Positions 9,089 to 20,400 of a stretch of 64,000 bases of DNA are shown here, piece after piece; position 1 is the stretch's first letter; each line of letters begins with the position of its first letter. Both the position numbers and the translations under genes were made by a program. The notes beneath the pieces were generated by a model, which worked only from the letters and a program-made list of their open reading frames with translations, ran no database searches and was not told the origin of the DNA. Source of the stretch: Neoechinorhynchus agilis (taxonomy: Eukaryota > Animalia > Acanthocephala); contig CM121342.1 of assembly GCA_051530055.1 (NCBI GenBank), positions 468,797 through 532,796 of the forward strand, given 5' to 3'.

Positions 9089-11800
9089 CAACGACGGGCC
9101 TGGCTAAAGAAACGAGCCGTCATAAAAATGAGAATTGGTTCTCTGAATGTTCGTTTTATGACAGGGAGAAGTCGAGAAGTTGTAGATTTGATGAGGAGAA
9201 GAAAAATTCAGATACTCGGCATACAAGAAGTACGATGGAAAGGATGTAAGGCTAAAGAACTGGGAGAAGGTTATAAACTAATTGATAGTGGCGGAACAAG
9301 TGGTAGAAATGGGGTCGGTATTGTAATCGTTGAAGACCTAGTCGACGATGTAATGGAAGTGAAAAGAACAAGTGATCGAGTTATGGCGGTGAAGAGAAAC
9401 GGGAGTGGTGAAATCACGACAGTAGTGGTGGCATACGCCACGCAGGTCGGTTGCAGCGAGGAGGAGAAAGATGAATTTTGGCTGGATCTATCTGAATTGA
9501 CAAGGACTATGGGGGAACGACATGTGATAACTGGCGATTTCAACGGACACGTGGGACCGAGAGAGGGATACGAGCTAATCGACGGTGGACACAGTGTGTG
9601 ATCGAGAAACGCCGAGAGTGTAAAACTGTTGGATTATGCAACAGCGTTGGATTTACGTATTTCGAATATTTTCAAAAAGATCAAAGACATCTACACACAT
9701 GCTCGAGCGGCGGAAGGTCAAGTCAAATCGATTTTATTTTGTACCCGATAGCGGAGTGGGGCGAAGTCTGGAATGCCAACACCATATTAGGCGAGGAGTG
9801 TGCGATGCAACATAGAGTACTCGTGGCAGACCTCAGGATTAGGGTAAAAGCCAAGCGACAGACACCGAGCATCTCACAAAAAATCAATTGGTGGAAGCTA
9901 AAAGATCCTATCCTCAAAGAAACGATGAGAATTGTGCTCACCCAGAAACTAAGCGAGAACGTGGGCGAAGTGGAAACCTGGTGAGATGAGACGGCCGAAG
10001 TTATCCTCCGGAAAGCCAAAATCATCTTGGGAATGACGCCGGGGAAACCTCCACCTCCGAACAAAGATGCATGGTGGTGGAATCAAACGGTCAAAGACGT
10101 CATCAGTCAAAAAAGAGCAGCTGGGAAAATATTAGATTTCGATTCTTCAACCCATAATAAAGATGCGTACAAGGACGCAAAAATGGAAGGCTGCCCGAGA
10201 ATGCGGCAAAGCAAAGAGGGAAGCCGATCAAGAGCTATATGACCAACTGGAGAGAGATAATGGGAGGAATATTATCTTCAAGTTGGTAAAAATCCGGGAC
10301 AAAAGGTCAAGAGAAGGTAGGATGCTTGATAAAAACAACGATATTTTGAACAGATGGAAGGAGTACTTCGGATCCCTCCTGAACACAGAGAATAAAAGAT
10401 TGCCTATTGAACAGGTACAGCCGAATATCAATATGGCTAGAACATATTCATATGATGACGTCGCATCGCAGATCAGAAAGATGAAGATTGGTAAGAGTGC
10501 CGGTCCAGATAATATCCTGATTGAGTTATGGAAATGTTTGGACGCTTTCTGAGTCAAACTGCTTACAAGACTTTCGAAAGATAGATGCAGAGCAAAAGAT
10601 TCCGTCAGCATGGCAAAGAAGCATACTTGTGCCGATTTTTAAGGGTAAAGGAAATATTTTGCAGTGTAGCAATTAGCGTGGCATCAAGCTGATGTCCTGC
10701 ACAATGAAATTGTGGGAGCGAATGGTTGACAATAGGATTAGGGAGGAGATCCAAATCAGCGAAGACCAGCGCGGCTTTATGCCAGGTAGAAGCACAATAG
10801 ACGCGATCTTCGTGCTATGAAAAATTTAATGAGAAGCATTGTCCGTTGCATAGTGTGTTCATCGACCTGGAGAAAGCATATGACACCGTGCCCGAGACCT
10901 TATTTGGGCCTGTTTGAGGAAGAGAAACTGTCCAGAGCATTATGTGATCACAATCAAAACGATGTATAAAAAGTGTTTCACCAGCGTGGAATGTCAAATA
11001 GGAAGGACATATTATTTTCAGGTGTCCATTGGTCTATATCAAGGTTCAGTGCTTATCCCATTCTTGTTCGCGACAGTCATCGATGTCCTAGGAAATGAGG
11101 AGATGAAGATGAACGCGCCCTGGACGATATTATTTGCAGATGATCTGCTGCTCACGGCAAGGGACTCGGTGACACTCGAGAAAATGTTGGAGAGTTGGCG
11201 ACAGTGCTTAGAAAGCAACGGCCTGAAAATTAGCAGGAGCAAAACGATATGGGACCAGGTGAAGTAGGCATGCTAGGAGTTAACGTCGAAAAGAGGAACA
11301 ACTTCAAATATCTGGGTAGCCTGTTAAACATGTCCTGTGAACTTGCACAAGAGATCGGACAAAGAGTTCAATACGAGTGGAATAACTGGAAAAGAGTTAC
11401 GGGCATCCTGTGCGATAAACGTCTCCTGAACAAGCTCAAAGGGAGTGTGTACAAAGCAGTGGTACGACATGTAATGGTATACGCAGCGGAGATTTGGGCT
11501 ATAAAAAAGGAGGACGTGCAGAGATTGATTGTAAATGAAATGAGGATGCTGAGATGGTTAGCTGGAGTAGCACGCAGGGATAAAATACCCAATGCCGAGA
11601 TTAGAAAAATGTTCGACGTCGAGCAGGCACAAGAATTGATAGCCAAAAGAAGAATGCGATGGTTCCATCATGTCGAGCAACGAGCGGAAGACGATTGGAT
11701 AAAGAGCGCCGGACGTACTGAGGCCAAGGGGAAGAGGAAACGGGGAAGGCCGAAAAAAGATGGATAGTGTGATGGAGGACCTAAGACGATTGGATGAAGT
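9089..11800 (+). mobile_element. RTE-clade LINE, near full-length ORF but disrupted
   Basis: APE: RIGSLNV, GIQEVRWKG, RNGVGIV, VAYATQVG, GDFNGHVG, SQIDFIL. RT: KSAGPD, LVPIFKGKG, RGIKLMS, QRGFMPGRST, FIDLEKAYD, GLYQGS, FADD, FKYLGS. C-terminal RWFHHV...GKRKRGRPK. Many stops and frameshifts. Confidence 0.93.
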
Positions 11801-12879
11801 TTGATTTTTGAGGACAAGCTGGCAAAGCGACCTCTCTAGTATGAGAGAAAGCTATAAGAAGTGTGTATTAATTATTAGAAACGCAATGTTTGTATCAAGA
11901 TTTATTATATGATTTCGTGCATCCGAATCGATTTCCCTCAAATGATTCATAATTAAATTGACTATAAACCTAAATCTACCAGCATTATGAAGAAAAATAA
12001 TGTTTGAATTTCTATAATATTATCTGCGACTTCAGACCGATTGGCAGATACACGAATCAGTGCTCTAGAGGGATTAAATATAATGACGACAAAAGTGGCT
12101 AGCTAGTTCTTATCGCGGTCTGATTATGAGAGAATAGTAAATATTCCTACTAACATTCGGCGAATATTTTAAAACCCCATCTTATACTTTTATTAAAAGA
12201 TCTCACGAGGTTTCCAAATTGGAACCAGTTGTAGCTGATTATTTCCGTGTTAGTTGGAGTCGTAGCACATATTTTCCTATTGTTTTACTCTCATGAGTGT
12301 AAGTGTGGAATTTAGTTTTTATGTGTTTAATGGTTGCTTTCAAAAACTGATGCTTGTTGTCGCATTGCACCTAAATTATTATTAACAATTCGTTACATTT
12401 ATTCGATCGTATTATTCAAGAATTCAGTTTAAATAGGAAAATTACTCGTTGATGGTAAGAATTTAAAAATTATTAAGCATTGTAGTAATTTTTGCTGTCA
12501 CGAAATAAGACGATTAAAATGATTGACGTATTCGATATTGTCTATATTAAGCCAAATATGATTCTCGGCGTAAGTGAGGATTGATTCACTAATTAAATTC
12601 TAGTGAAATACTACTTAATTTTCCAGCTGCATGATTGATCAAGTTTTATTTTTTATATTTCTAGTGATAAAGAAAAGGGAAATCGTTATTTCGAGCTTAA
12701 TGGGAAGAGTAATGGTGTATGCTTGCGGGTTTTTTGCGATTAGCTAAAGTTGAACGATTTAATGCTAAATTAATTTTTTTAGAACAGAATGCATACACGA
12801 TAAGTCCTATCCAACAATCTCGATTTCAGTCGTCCAACATATTCCCTCGGTCTACCTTTTTCTTTTTGTTAACTCTCTC

Positions 12880-14975
12880 TCTTGATTTCCACTTGGCTGA
12901 TCTCCGAACTTCGAGATCAGGAAGGAAATGACGAAAATAATGTTGAAATAACAAAAGAATTATACCCCGCCGGATAATTCGGCATGCTCAGGTAGCAGCC
13001 AAAAACAACAAAAGGTATTAGGGAGTATGTCCATAAATACGGATTATATAGATCACACCTAACAAAATTGAAATAACCAAATGGCTCTTATTTCTAGTCT
13101 TAATTTTATATTTGACTCATTTTGTATATCCTTTTTGATTGTCTCATGTTTATTCTAAAATTTTTTCCTATCGAATTGATTGATTTTGTTTAAAATCTTA
13201 AATAATTATATCGCCTCGTTTCTTTTAGTGCATTTTATTATATTGCCTTCCTTGTTGATTATCGCGATCTCACTCCAGTTCGCCTTGATCCTTCCTTCTT
13301 TATTGATTCCGTCATATGATAAAATTTTAGTAACATTTCGAGTTAAATATTTTAAAAAAATTGCTTCTATCTTCTTGATAAAAAATTGAGCAAAGCTATG
13401 TTTCAATTCTGGTGGACGGCCTCTTCCACAGAAACAGAACGCTCCTCCTAACATGATTTGCTATGACGTGCTTCAATCTATTTATTCTATGATTTAATTT
13501 TATTATTTTAATAAAAAGTGAACTCAGATTCGAATTCATTGTAGTTAGTCTTCGGGTTGAAGGGAAGTCTCTTCCAAAAAACCTTGTGTTATTCTTTATG
13601 GGAAATTGTTCGATGCTTTTATTTTCCTTTAATATCCTGTTTAATTTGGCTCTTGGTCTTGAAGTTTTCGTTAGACAAATCATTTGTGTTTTTTTCTATT
13701 AGTGGAAAGATTGGCCCTTTTTAGCACTTGATCTAAATTTGTTAAAAATAATCCTATTTGAAGTCAACCTTGCAAATTTTCAAGGCCTCAGCCTCATTCT
13801 CAAGCATCTAAAAATGGATGTGGTGGGTACCTAAGTTGGTAGCCTTGACTCGGGTTTGATTAGATAAAATTTTATTGTTCTTCTTACGTAGTGAAAAGAA
13901 AAGATCATCTACATAGACCAAGAATTTAAAATTGCCCTTTTCAATCTTTTTATAATTCCTATCATCGCTATTAAAAATAGTGTGGGTGAGTGGAGACTGC
14001 TGGGGTACTCCGTATCTTGAGAAAAATAGTGCTTTGTTCAGATCTACGTCCATAAAGAAAGATTTAGATTCAAGAAGACATTGATTTATCATTGTTAATC
14101 TTTCCGAGATTTTGACTTCCCCCATAGCTGTGTAAATAAAATTTCGGTCGAAGGCATCGAATGCCTTGTTAATATCTATTTCCATCAGTACTTTGTTTAC
14201 ACCTTCAGTTTCTCTGTTTGTTTCATTTAAATCGCATAATAGAGAATTTACCCCTTTTCCAGGTATGAAACCATGGAAATTTGATGGGATAAGATTTTTT
14301 CGCCATTAGAAAGTTCATAAATTTTTTATTCACTTTCTTTTCAATTATTGATATTAGAAGGTTTCGAATAGATATTAATCTCACCTCTTCGAGATTTTCT
14401 ATAACTTTTTTGGGTTTTGGTATAATTACCTTTCTTACTTTATTAATTTTTAAAAGTTCTTCAAAATTTAGTCTTCTATTCAATAGATTAAGGAGCTGAT
14501 CTTTATTCAGTTGATTTATCAATTGAATCACCTTAGGTGACACGATATGGAATTATTAGCAAATGAATTCCCTTTATCCCAATAGGCCTCTAGCTCCTCC
14601 TTGGATAGTGATATCGTGCCTTGACATTGCTTGGAAACCGTATGGCCGAAACTATCACTCTAAATAGATTTTTGTATAAAATTTGGCCTACCACCTCTGC
14701 GTATGTCGCCGCTTTACTCTTCCAGTCTACCCATTTTTTTATAAAAGTATATCCCAAAATTTGGTGCTGTATTTTTTACCGACTTCAGCTTTAATCTGTC
14801 TTATGTTATATTCTCATTGGCCAGTGATTTATAAAATTCAGATTTGAAATATTTACAAAATGTCGAATTTCTCCTGAGTTCATAGACATGTTTTTTCTAC
14901 ACGGCCGAACGGACACACAGTCCATCGATCTCGGTCTGAGAAGCGCTGGTCTGCGCTCAATGCCCCAAGACCGTA
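12880..14975 (-). mobile_element. Non-LTR retrotransposon copy 3 (ORF2 linker, RT, C-terminus, 3' UTR)
   Basis: KVRKVIIPKPKK...VRLISI (14223-14543), DINKAFDAFDR/YGVPQQSPL/YVDD (13808-14185), GRDFPSTRR (13396-13683), LGGAFCFCGRGRPPEL (13206-13454). DNA similarity to copy 1 (1190-1420) continues to about 14880. The last ~100 bp are uncertain. Confidence 0.88.
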
Positions 14976-15068
14976 GGTTAAAAGTTTGTACATTCCTCCG
15001 GATTCTCAGGTACCTCCAGGAGGTGGGACTCATCAGTGAGTTTCCTCCCTTCAGCAGTATATCATCGG
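14976..15068 (-). ncRNA. Second, degraded copy of the hammerhead module
   Basis: 14976-15060 matches 8975-9059 with 5 substitutions in 85 nt. CUGAUGA-GUCCC is intact. U16.1 is changed to C (GGUACC), and the GGGAC-GAAA strand is lost or decayed. It is predicted inactive. Confidence 0.75.
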
Positions 15069-15587
15069 CGGAGCATTAGTCCACTTGACCAGCTTTATGA
15101 TTTTTCTTAGGTCCAATTTTTTTTTGCTTCCACTGTAACCTTTTACAATATCGCGTGCGAAAGGTAGCATTTAAATCATTGGAAAATGATCAATATTGAT
15201 CAACATGAAGTATTCTAAAGAATGCTTATTGTTCATCTGAATTTCGCAGATTAATAGTTTCAACGTTTCTTGTATTAAAGAACAGTATCGACAAAGATAA
15301 AAACGTTTGATTTTTCGCTATTGCATCACAATTCTATACAGTTCCGCTGCAACTTTTTATAATGCGAGTTCAAGGAAACGAAGCCAGTCGTCTTAAATGC
15401 AAGAGGCATCTTCTAAACATATTCCGGTGCTCAACACGTTCTTTGTTACCAACGCTATTTAGTTCAAACAAGTACGTAGATAGTGAACATTTAAAAATCA
15501 ATATAATGAAGTTTGTTTCGGTAGATGTATATAGTTAGGCTTCATAGTAGATAAAAAGAAGATATTTTAAGTTCTTCGATTGAACAC

Positions 15588-18500
15588 ATGGTTTTAGATA
15601 CCTCGATAGCATTTTCAGATCGTGTCGCAATGGAAGGATCAGGAAAGAGTACACAAAGAGAGCAATCTTTAGATCAACCACAATTGCCTAACGAGGGATC
15701 GGGGAATCATATGGAGTCTGCTCCCTCAATTCCTAATAGGGAACGAGCACAAGTCGTTGCGGCATTGTTAGTTTTAAAAAGTGGCATATTTTATGCTTTT
15801 CAATCTTTGCTACAGGCTACTAGCAATGGAACTGCACGGGCATCCAGGAGTGGACCATGCAGCCGAAATGGAGCGCGAAGCTTTTGAGCGTTCTAGAAAC
15901 ATTTTAGGGTATCGCAACTCGATATCAGAGTTGTATGAAGACATTGCAAGTAAAACTATAAGCTCATTAGATGATGCAATTACGCATCAATCTAAAAGTC
16001 AACATGGTTTATCTGATGTCCCCGCTGCTGAAATTAAAGCATCGGTGAACAGTTCTTTAGGTCAATGTTGTAATGAAACACAGGCGGCAAAACTGATAAT
16101 GGACAGGGTATTGAGTAAGTTAACAGAAGGTCCGTCGTCCACAGTTATGGGATATCACATCCAACAATTTGGTGATGAATCAAAATTCCAGCAGCGTATA
16201 TCCTCGAGTCCTGTAAATAAACAAAATTCCGAAAATGCGCCTACTTTGGAGAAATCTCTTCGTGGGCAATTTGGCACTGTATTTGATCAATACAATTCGA
16301 ATCCTATTGTCCGTGATTCTACAAAGATAAGCGATTCAGTTACAAATGTGCCAAATGCAGAAGTGTTGCGAGATGTTGAACATGATAAAACAAATAAAAG
16401 AATTTCTCCAGCGGTCCAAACACGTCAAATTAAAACGAAAAAGGTAGCAGCTGTAGGTTCCAATCACAAAAAATCAAAAGTCCAAAGAATGACAAGCGCA
16501 AATAAAACATCCATTAATCCTTTTGATTCTGGATCATATCCGGCACAGAAATCGACTCAAAGCCCGTTGATCGGACCCGCAAATCAGCTTGGGTATCACG
16601 GACAACAAATAGCTCAATCAATGGTTTACAACCCATTCGAAACTATATCGTTTAGTGGCAATACTCATCTTCATGGACCACAACAGACGTCCTCGATTGA
16701 ACGAGTCAATCAAGCCCAGTGGACTCCTAGGGTTAGTCAAATAAACCAATATGGATTGGAAAACCCTTCGATTGCGCGTTCCATGGTTCGCTTAGGAACA
16801 ATTCCGCAAGGACCAATAATGAACCAAATGTACAAACAGTTGCCCAAAAACCAGTCATCAATAAACAGCATGTTTACAGGACAACATCCCAATGAAGTCT
16901 CGGTATTCGTTCCTCAAGAGCAGCATCCGCGATTTGCGGCTAACATGTATTTAGCACAACATTGCCTTCCGATGCGTAGAGCTCTTATGCAACCTCAAAC
17001 AAACGCCCTGGGGGATTACTCACGCCAAATGCATATCAATAGTAACAATCGAGTAACATCGAAGCATTTTATGTGCTCAACTCGTTACCAATGTCCGGCA
17101 TCTGTGAATAATCTATACCTGGAAGATCCGTCACGATTTACAGAATATGCACATGGTGGACAACATCCGAGTTTTCAATCAGGACACCAGCATCACCAAA
17201 TAAATCAACCGCCTTCTGGTTTCATGTTTGACACCCAACAATCGGCTCAAATCGGCTGCATTGATTCACGAAATCTTGGTCTGAAGAGATCAATGTCGTT
17301 TCCTCAGCACCAATCAGTAAGTTGGCAGCCTTATGGGAATAAGCAACTAGTTGACGATAGCGCTAATAGTGGACAACAATCCGTCGAAAATTCGCAACTG
17401 AGATCGATGAATACAGTTCATAATGACACATTTCCACCTTTCAATTACAAATATCGTCGACAAAGAATCAAACCATTTGAGATTAATCGCCTTGGTGATT
17501 ATGTTGAAAGTAAACAAGCGAAAATTACTGGTCATGACGATGACGAAATGCAACAGCTTGTCCATCCTGAGCAAACTCCTCAAAGGGAAACAGATTTAAG
17601 TATAAATTTGAAAAGCAGTTTAAATCACTTGATTGAATATACCCCCAGGAAGCTTAGTAGCAAAAATAAGAGCGAAAGTCAGCCAATTGTGGATGGTGAA
17701 TTTATAGGAGGACAATATTCTCAATTAGGATACCACCATAAAAATAATCAATTTATGGACGAATTGCCAGTTATCAGAAGCGATGGAAAGGATGAAACAG
17801 CAGCACAAACAAAAATACTTGATATAGTAACTCAAATGAATCATGAACATTTATTTGCGGATGATACCTGCTTTAGCTCGGCATCTTTTACGGATAAGGC
17901 AGGTTCTGCAGCTTCAAGTACTAAATTGTTAGCTAGTGATGGAAAAAAGCAAAGATTTTCAGATAATACCTTTTCTGATCCACAAGAAAGTACTAAGAAA
18001 TATGACAAAGATACTATAGTTAGCCAATCATTTAGCGATCCAGAGTCACCATGGGCAACTTTAGCTGACGGTTAGTTTGCGAATGGAGTAATGCTTAAAG
18101 CATGCTTTTAATAGGACCGCTAGTGTTGAATTCGGGTAATGCACTACGAGAATTCTCTTCAATGGTGCCAACGATAGAACAGTTTTTAGATCGTGTTCTG
18201 AAAAAGGAAATCGAGTGTAAGTTGTAGTTAATGTTGAAATATCTCTAATTGCTTACAATAGGTCAAGACAAAAAAATATTTATTCTTTCAAAAACATTTA
18301 TAAATCTCTTGCGACAACGAAAGGTAATGAGCGCAGGTGACATAAGGCACGCAAAGTCTTTCCTTAAAGAAAAGCTCATCCCACTAATGGCAGCAAGTTC
18401 AATTCCATTGAAAAGTACCGGAAAAGATTTGACCGCATTACAGACGAGATACCAGGAATTAATAAACAGACCAAAGCAATCTGATGGACATTTGATAACT

Positions 18501-18656
18501 TCGACAGGACAGACGGAGATAATGGATGTTGCTGATGAAAAGGAGGAAAAGTCACGATTACTGAAAATTTCGTTGAGGAAGCGTAACAAAGTTCAACTTG
18601 GCGACGCGAAAACAAATGCGAAAAGGCGAAAACCTGAAATGAAAAGTGACAATTAG
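15588..18656 (+). CDS. 4-exon gene, about 976 aa: KIX-like N-terminus, long Q/S/N-rich region, helical C-terminal domain (MED15/Gal11-like)
   Basis: Exons 15588-15766, 15816-18070, 18115-18216 and 18262-18656 join into one 2931-nt stop-free frame. The spliced N-terminus RAQVVAALLLAMELHGHPGVDHAAEMEREAFERSRNILGYRNSISEL matches the MED15 KIX pattern (R..V..I..AM...G......ME...F......Y) by eye. Exons 3-4 resemble the MED15 central helical domain. The structure is better supported than the identity. Confidence 0.7.
15767..15815 (+). other. Spliceosomal intron 1 (49 nt)
   Basis: GTTAGT...TACAG, phase 2. Its removal joins ORF 15588 to the 764-aa ORF and completes the KIX-like helix. Confidence 0.75.
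18071..18114 (+). other. Spliceosomal intron 2 (44 nt)
   Basis: GTTAGT...AATAG, phase 1. It contains the apparent TAG stop of the 764-aa ORF. Confidence 0.75.
18217..18261 (+). other. Spliceosomal intron 3 (45 nt)
   Basis: GTAAGT...CTAAT (18245)...AATAG, phase 1. It joins in frame to ORF 18249-18656. Confidence 0.8.
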
Positions 18657-18834
18657 ATCTGAGATACATGCAGTACTTATATCGTGTAAATCTTTACTGT
18701 ACTGAACTTGAATAATTAAAAGTGCTTAATTCACTAAAAACGAACACATTTTATGATAATGAAACGTGCTATGATAATTGGACATTAATATGGACTTGGC
18801 TTTTATTTAGAAGGAAACAGCACATTGTATAGAA

Positions 18835-20400
18835 ATGATTCTTATTAATTCATCTTTTTATATTCATTGTCCTTTTGGTATTCATGTAACACTTGTTATT
18901 GCTTCACATAATGGTATTCGTTCGTGTGTTAGTATTCGTGTACCTCATGGTGTTCATTCGGATGATCGTATACGTGAACCTGTTGGTATTAATTCATCTT
19001 TTTATATTAATTGTCACTTTGGTATTCATATAACTCTTGTTATTGCTTCACATAATGGTATTCGTTCGTGTGTTAGTAATCGTGTACCTCATGGTGTTCA
19101 TTCGCATGATCGTATACGTGAACCTGTTGGTATTAATTCATCTTTTTATATTCATTTTCCTTTTGGTATTCATGTAACTCTTGTTATTGCTTCACATAAT
19201 GGCATTCGTTCGTGTGTTAGTATTCGCGTACCTCATGGTGTTCACTCGGATGATCGTATACGTGAACCTGTTGGTATTAATTCATGTTTTTATATTCATT
19301 GTCTTTTTGGTATTAATGTAACTCTTGTTATTGCTTCACATAATGGTATTCGTTCGTGTGTTAGTATTCGTGTACCTCATGGTGTTCACTCGAATGATCG
19401 TATACGTGAACCTGTTGGAATCAATTCATGTTTTTATATTCATTGTCCTTTTGGTATTCATGTAACTCTTGTTATTGCTTCACATAATGGTATTCGTTCG
19501 TGTGTTAGTATTCGTGTACCTCATGGTGTTCATTCGCATGATCGTATAGGTGAACCTGTTGGTATTAATTCATCTTTTTATATTCATTGTCCTTTTGGTA
19601 TTCATGTAACTCTTGTTATTGCTTCACACAATGGTATTCGTTCGTGTGTTAGTATTCGTGTACCCCATGGTGTTCATTCGCATGATCGTAAACGTGAACC
19701 TGTTGGTATTAATTCATCTTTTTATAATCATTGTCCTTTTGGTATTTATGTAACACTTCTTATTGCTTCACATAATGGTATTCGTTCGTGTGTTAGTATT
19801 CGTGTACCTCATGGTGTTCGTTCGCATGATCGTATACGTGAACCTGTTGGTATTAATTCATTTTTTTATATTAATTGTCACTTTGGTATTCATATAACTC
19901 TTGTTATTGCTTCACATAATGGTATTCGTTCGTGTGTTAGTAATCGTGTACCTCATGGTGTTCATTCGCATGATCGTATACGTGAACCTGTTGGAATCAA
20001 TTCATGTTTTTATATTCATTGTCCTTTTGGTATTCATGTAACTCTTGTTATTGCTTCACATAATGGTATTCGTTCGTGTGTTAGTATTCGTGTACCTCAT
20101 GGTGTTCACTGGAATGGTCGTATGCGTAAACCCGTTGGTATTAATCCATCTTTTTATATTCATTGTCCTTTTGGTATTAATGTAACTCTTGTTATTGCTT
20201 TACATAATGGTATTCGTTCGTGTGTTAGTATTCGTGTACCTCATGGTGTTCACTCGAATGATCGTATACGTGAACCTGTTGGTATTAATCCATCTTTTTA
20301 TATTCATTGTCGTTTTGGTATTCATGTAACTCTTGTTATTGCTTCACATAATGGTATTCGTTCGTGTGTTAGTATTCGTGTACCTCATGGTGTTCATTAG
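18835..20400 (+). CDS. Possible 521-aa repeat ORF (about 11 x 48-aa units) at the array edge; coding status unproven
   Basis: An ATG 8 nt before the first satellite base is in frame with the only stop-free frame of the consensus (GINSSFYIHCPFGIHVTLVIASHNGIRSCVSIRVPHGVHSHDRIREPV). The ORF ends at a TCG->TAG variant. Confidence 0.2.
   Translation: MILINSSFYIHCPFGIHVTLVIASHNGIRSCVSIRVPHGVHSDDRIREPVGINSSFYINCHFGIHITLVIASHNGIRSCVSNRVPHGVHSHDRIREPVGINSSFYIHFPFGIHVTLVIASHNGIRSCVSIRVPHGVHSDDRIREPVGINSCFYIHCLFGINVTLVIASHNGIRSCVSIRVPHGVHSNDRIREPVGINSCFYIHCPFGIHVTLVIASHNGIRSCVSIRVPHGVHSHDRIGEPVGINSSFYIHCPFGIHVTLVIASHNGIRSCVSIRVPHGVHSHDRKREPVGINSSFYNHCPFGIYVTLLIASHNGIRSCVSIRVPHGVRSHDRIREPVGINSFFYINCHFGIHITLVIASHNGIRSCVSNRVPHGVHSHDRIREPVGINSCFYIHCPFGIHVTLVIASHNGIRSCVSIRVPHGVHWNGRMRKPVGINPSFYIHCPFGINVTLVIALHNGIRSCVSIRVPHGVHSNDRIREPVGINPSFYIHCRFGIHVTLVIASHNGIRSCVSIRVPHGVH

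Noticed and set aside
9020-9090. HDV-like ribozyme on the plus strand at the RTE 5' end
   Set aside because: The helices gggac/gtccc and cggtatt/aataccg exist, but there is no P3/L3 (UYCHCGY) or P1.1 GG. The minus-strand hammerhead core explains the pairings better.
11800-12880. AT-rich interval and ORF 12719-12931
   Set aside because: I found no motif, repeat or splice-supported frame; the ORF end overlaps the LINE 3' UTR hairpin.
15781-18075. Stand-alone intronless 764-aa gene
   Set aside because: It starts at a GTG inside predicted intron 1, and its stop lies in the GTTAG donor of intron 2. The spliced model fits better.
18843-18990. CENP-B box, hammerhead core or canonical left-handed beta-helix hexapeptide in the monomer
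   Set aside because: TTCG....A is present but CGGG is absent. There is no CUGANGA on either strand. The i+4 residues are large rather than small, and prolines recur.
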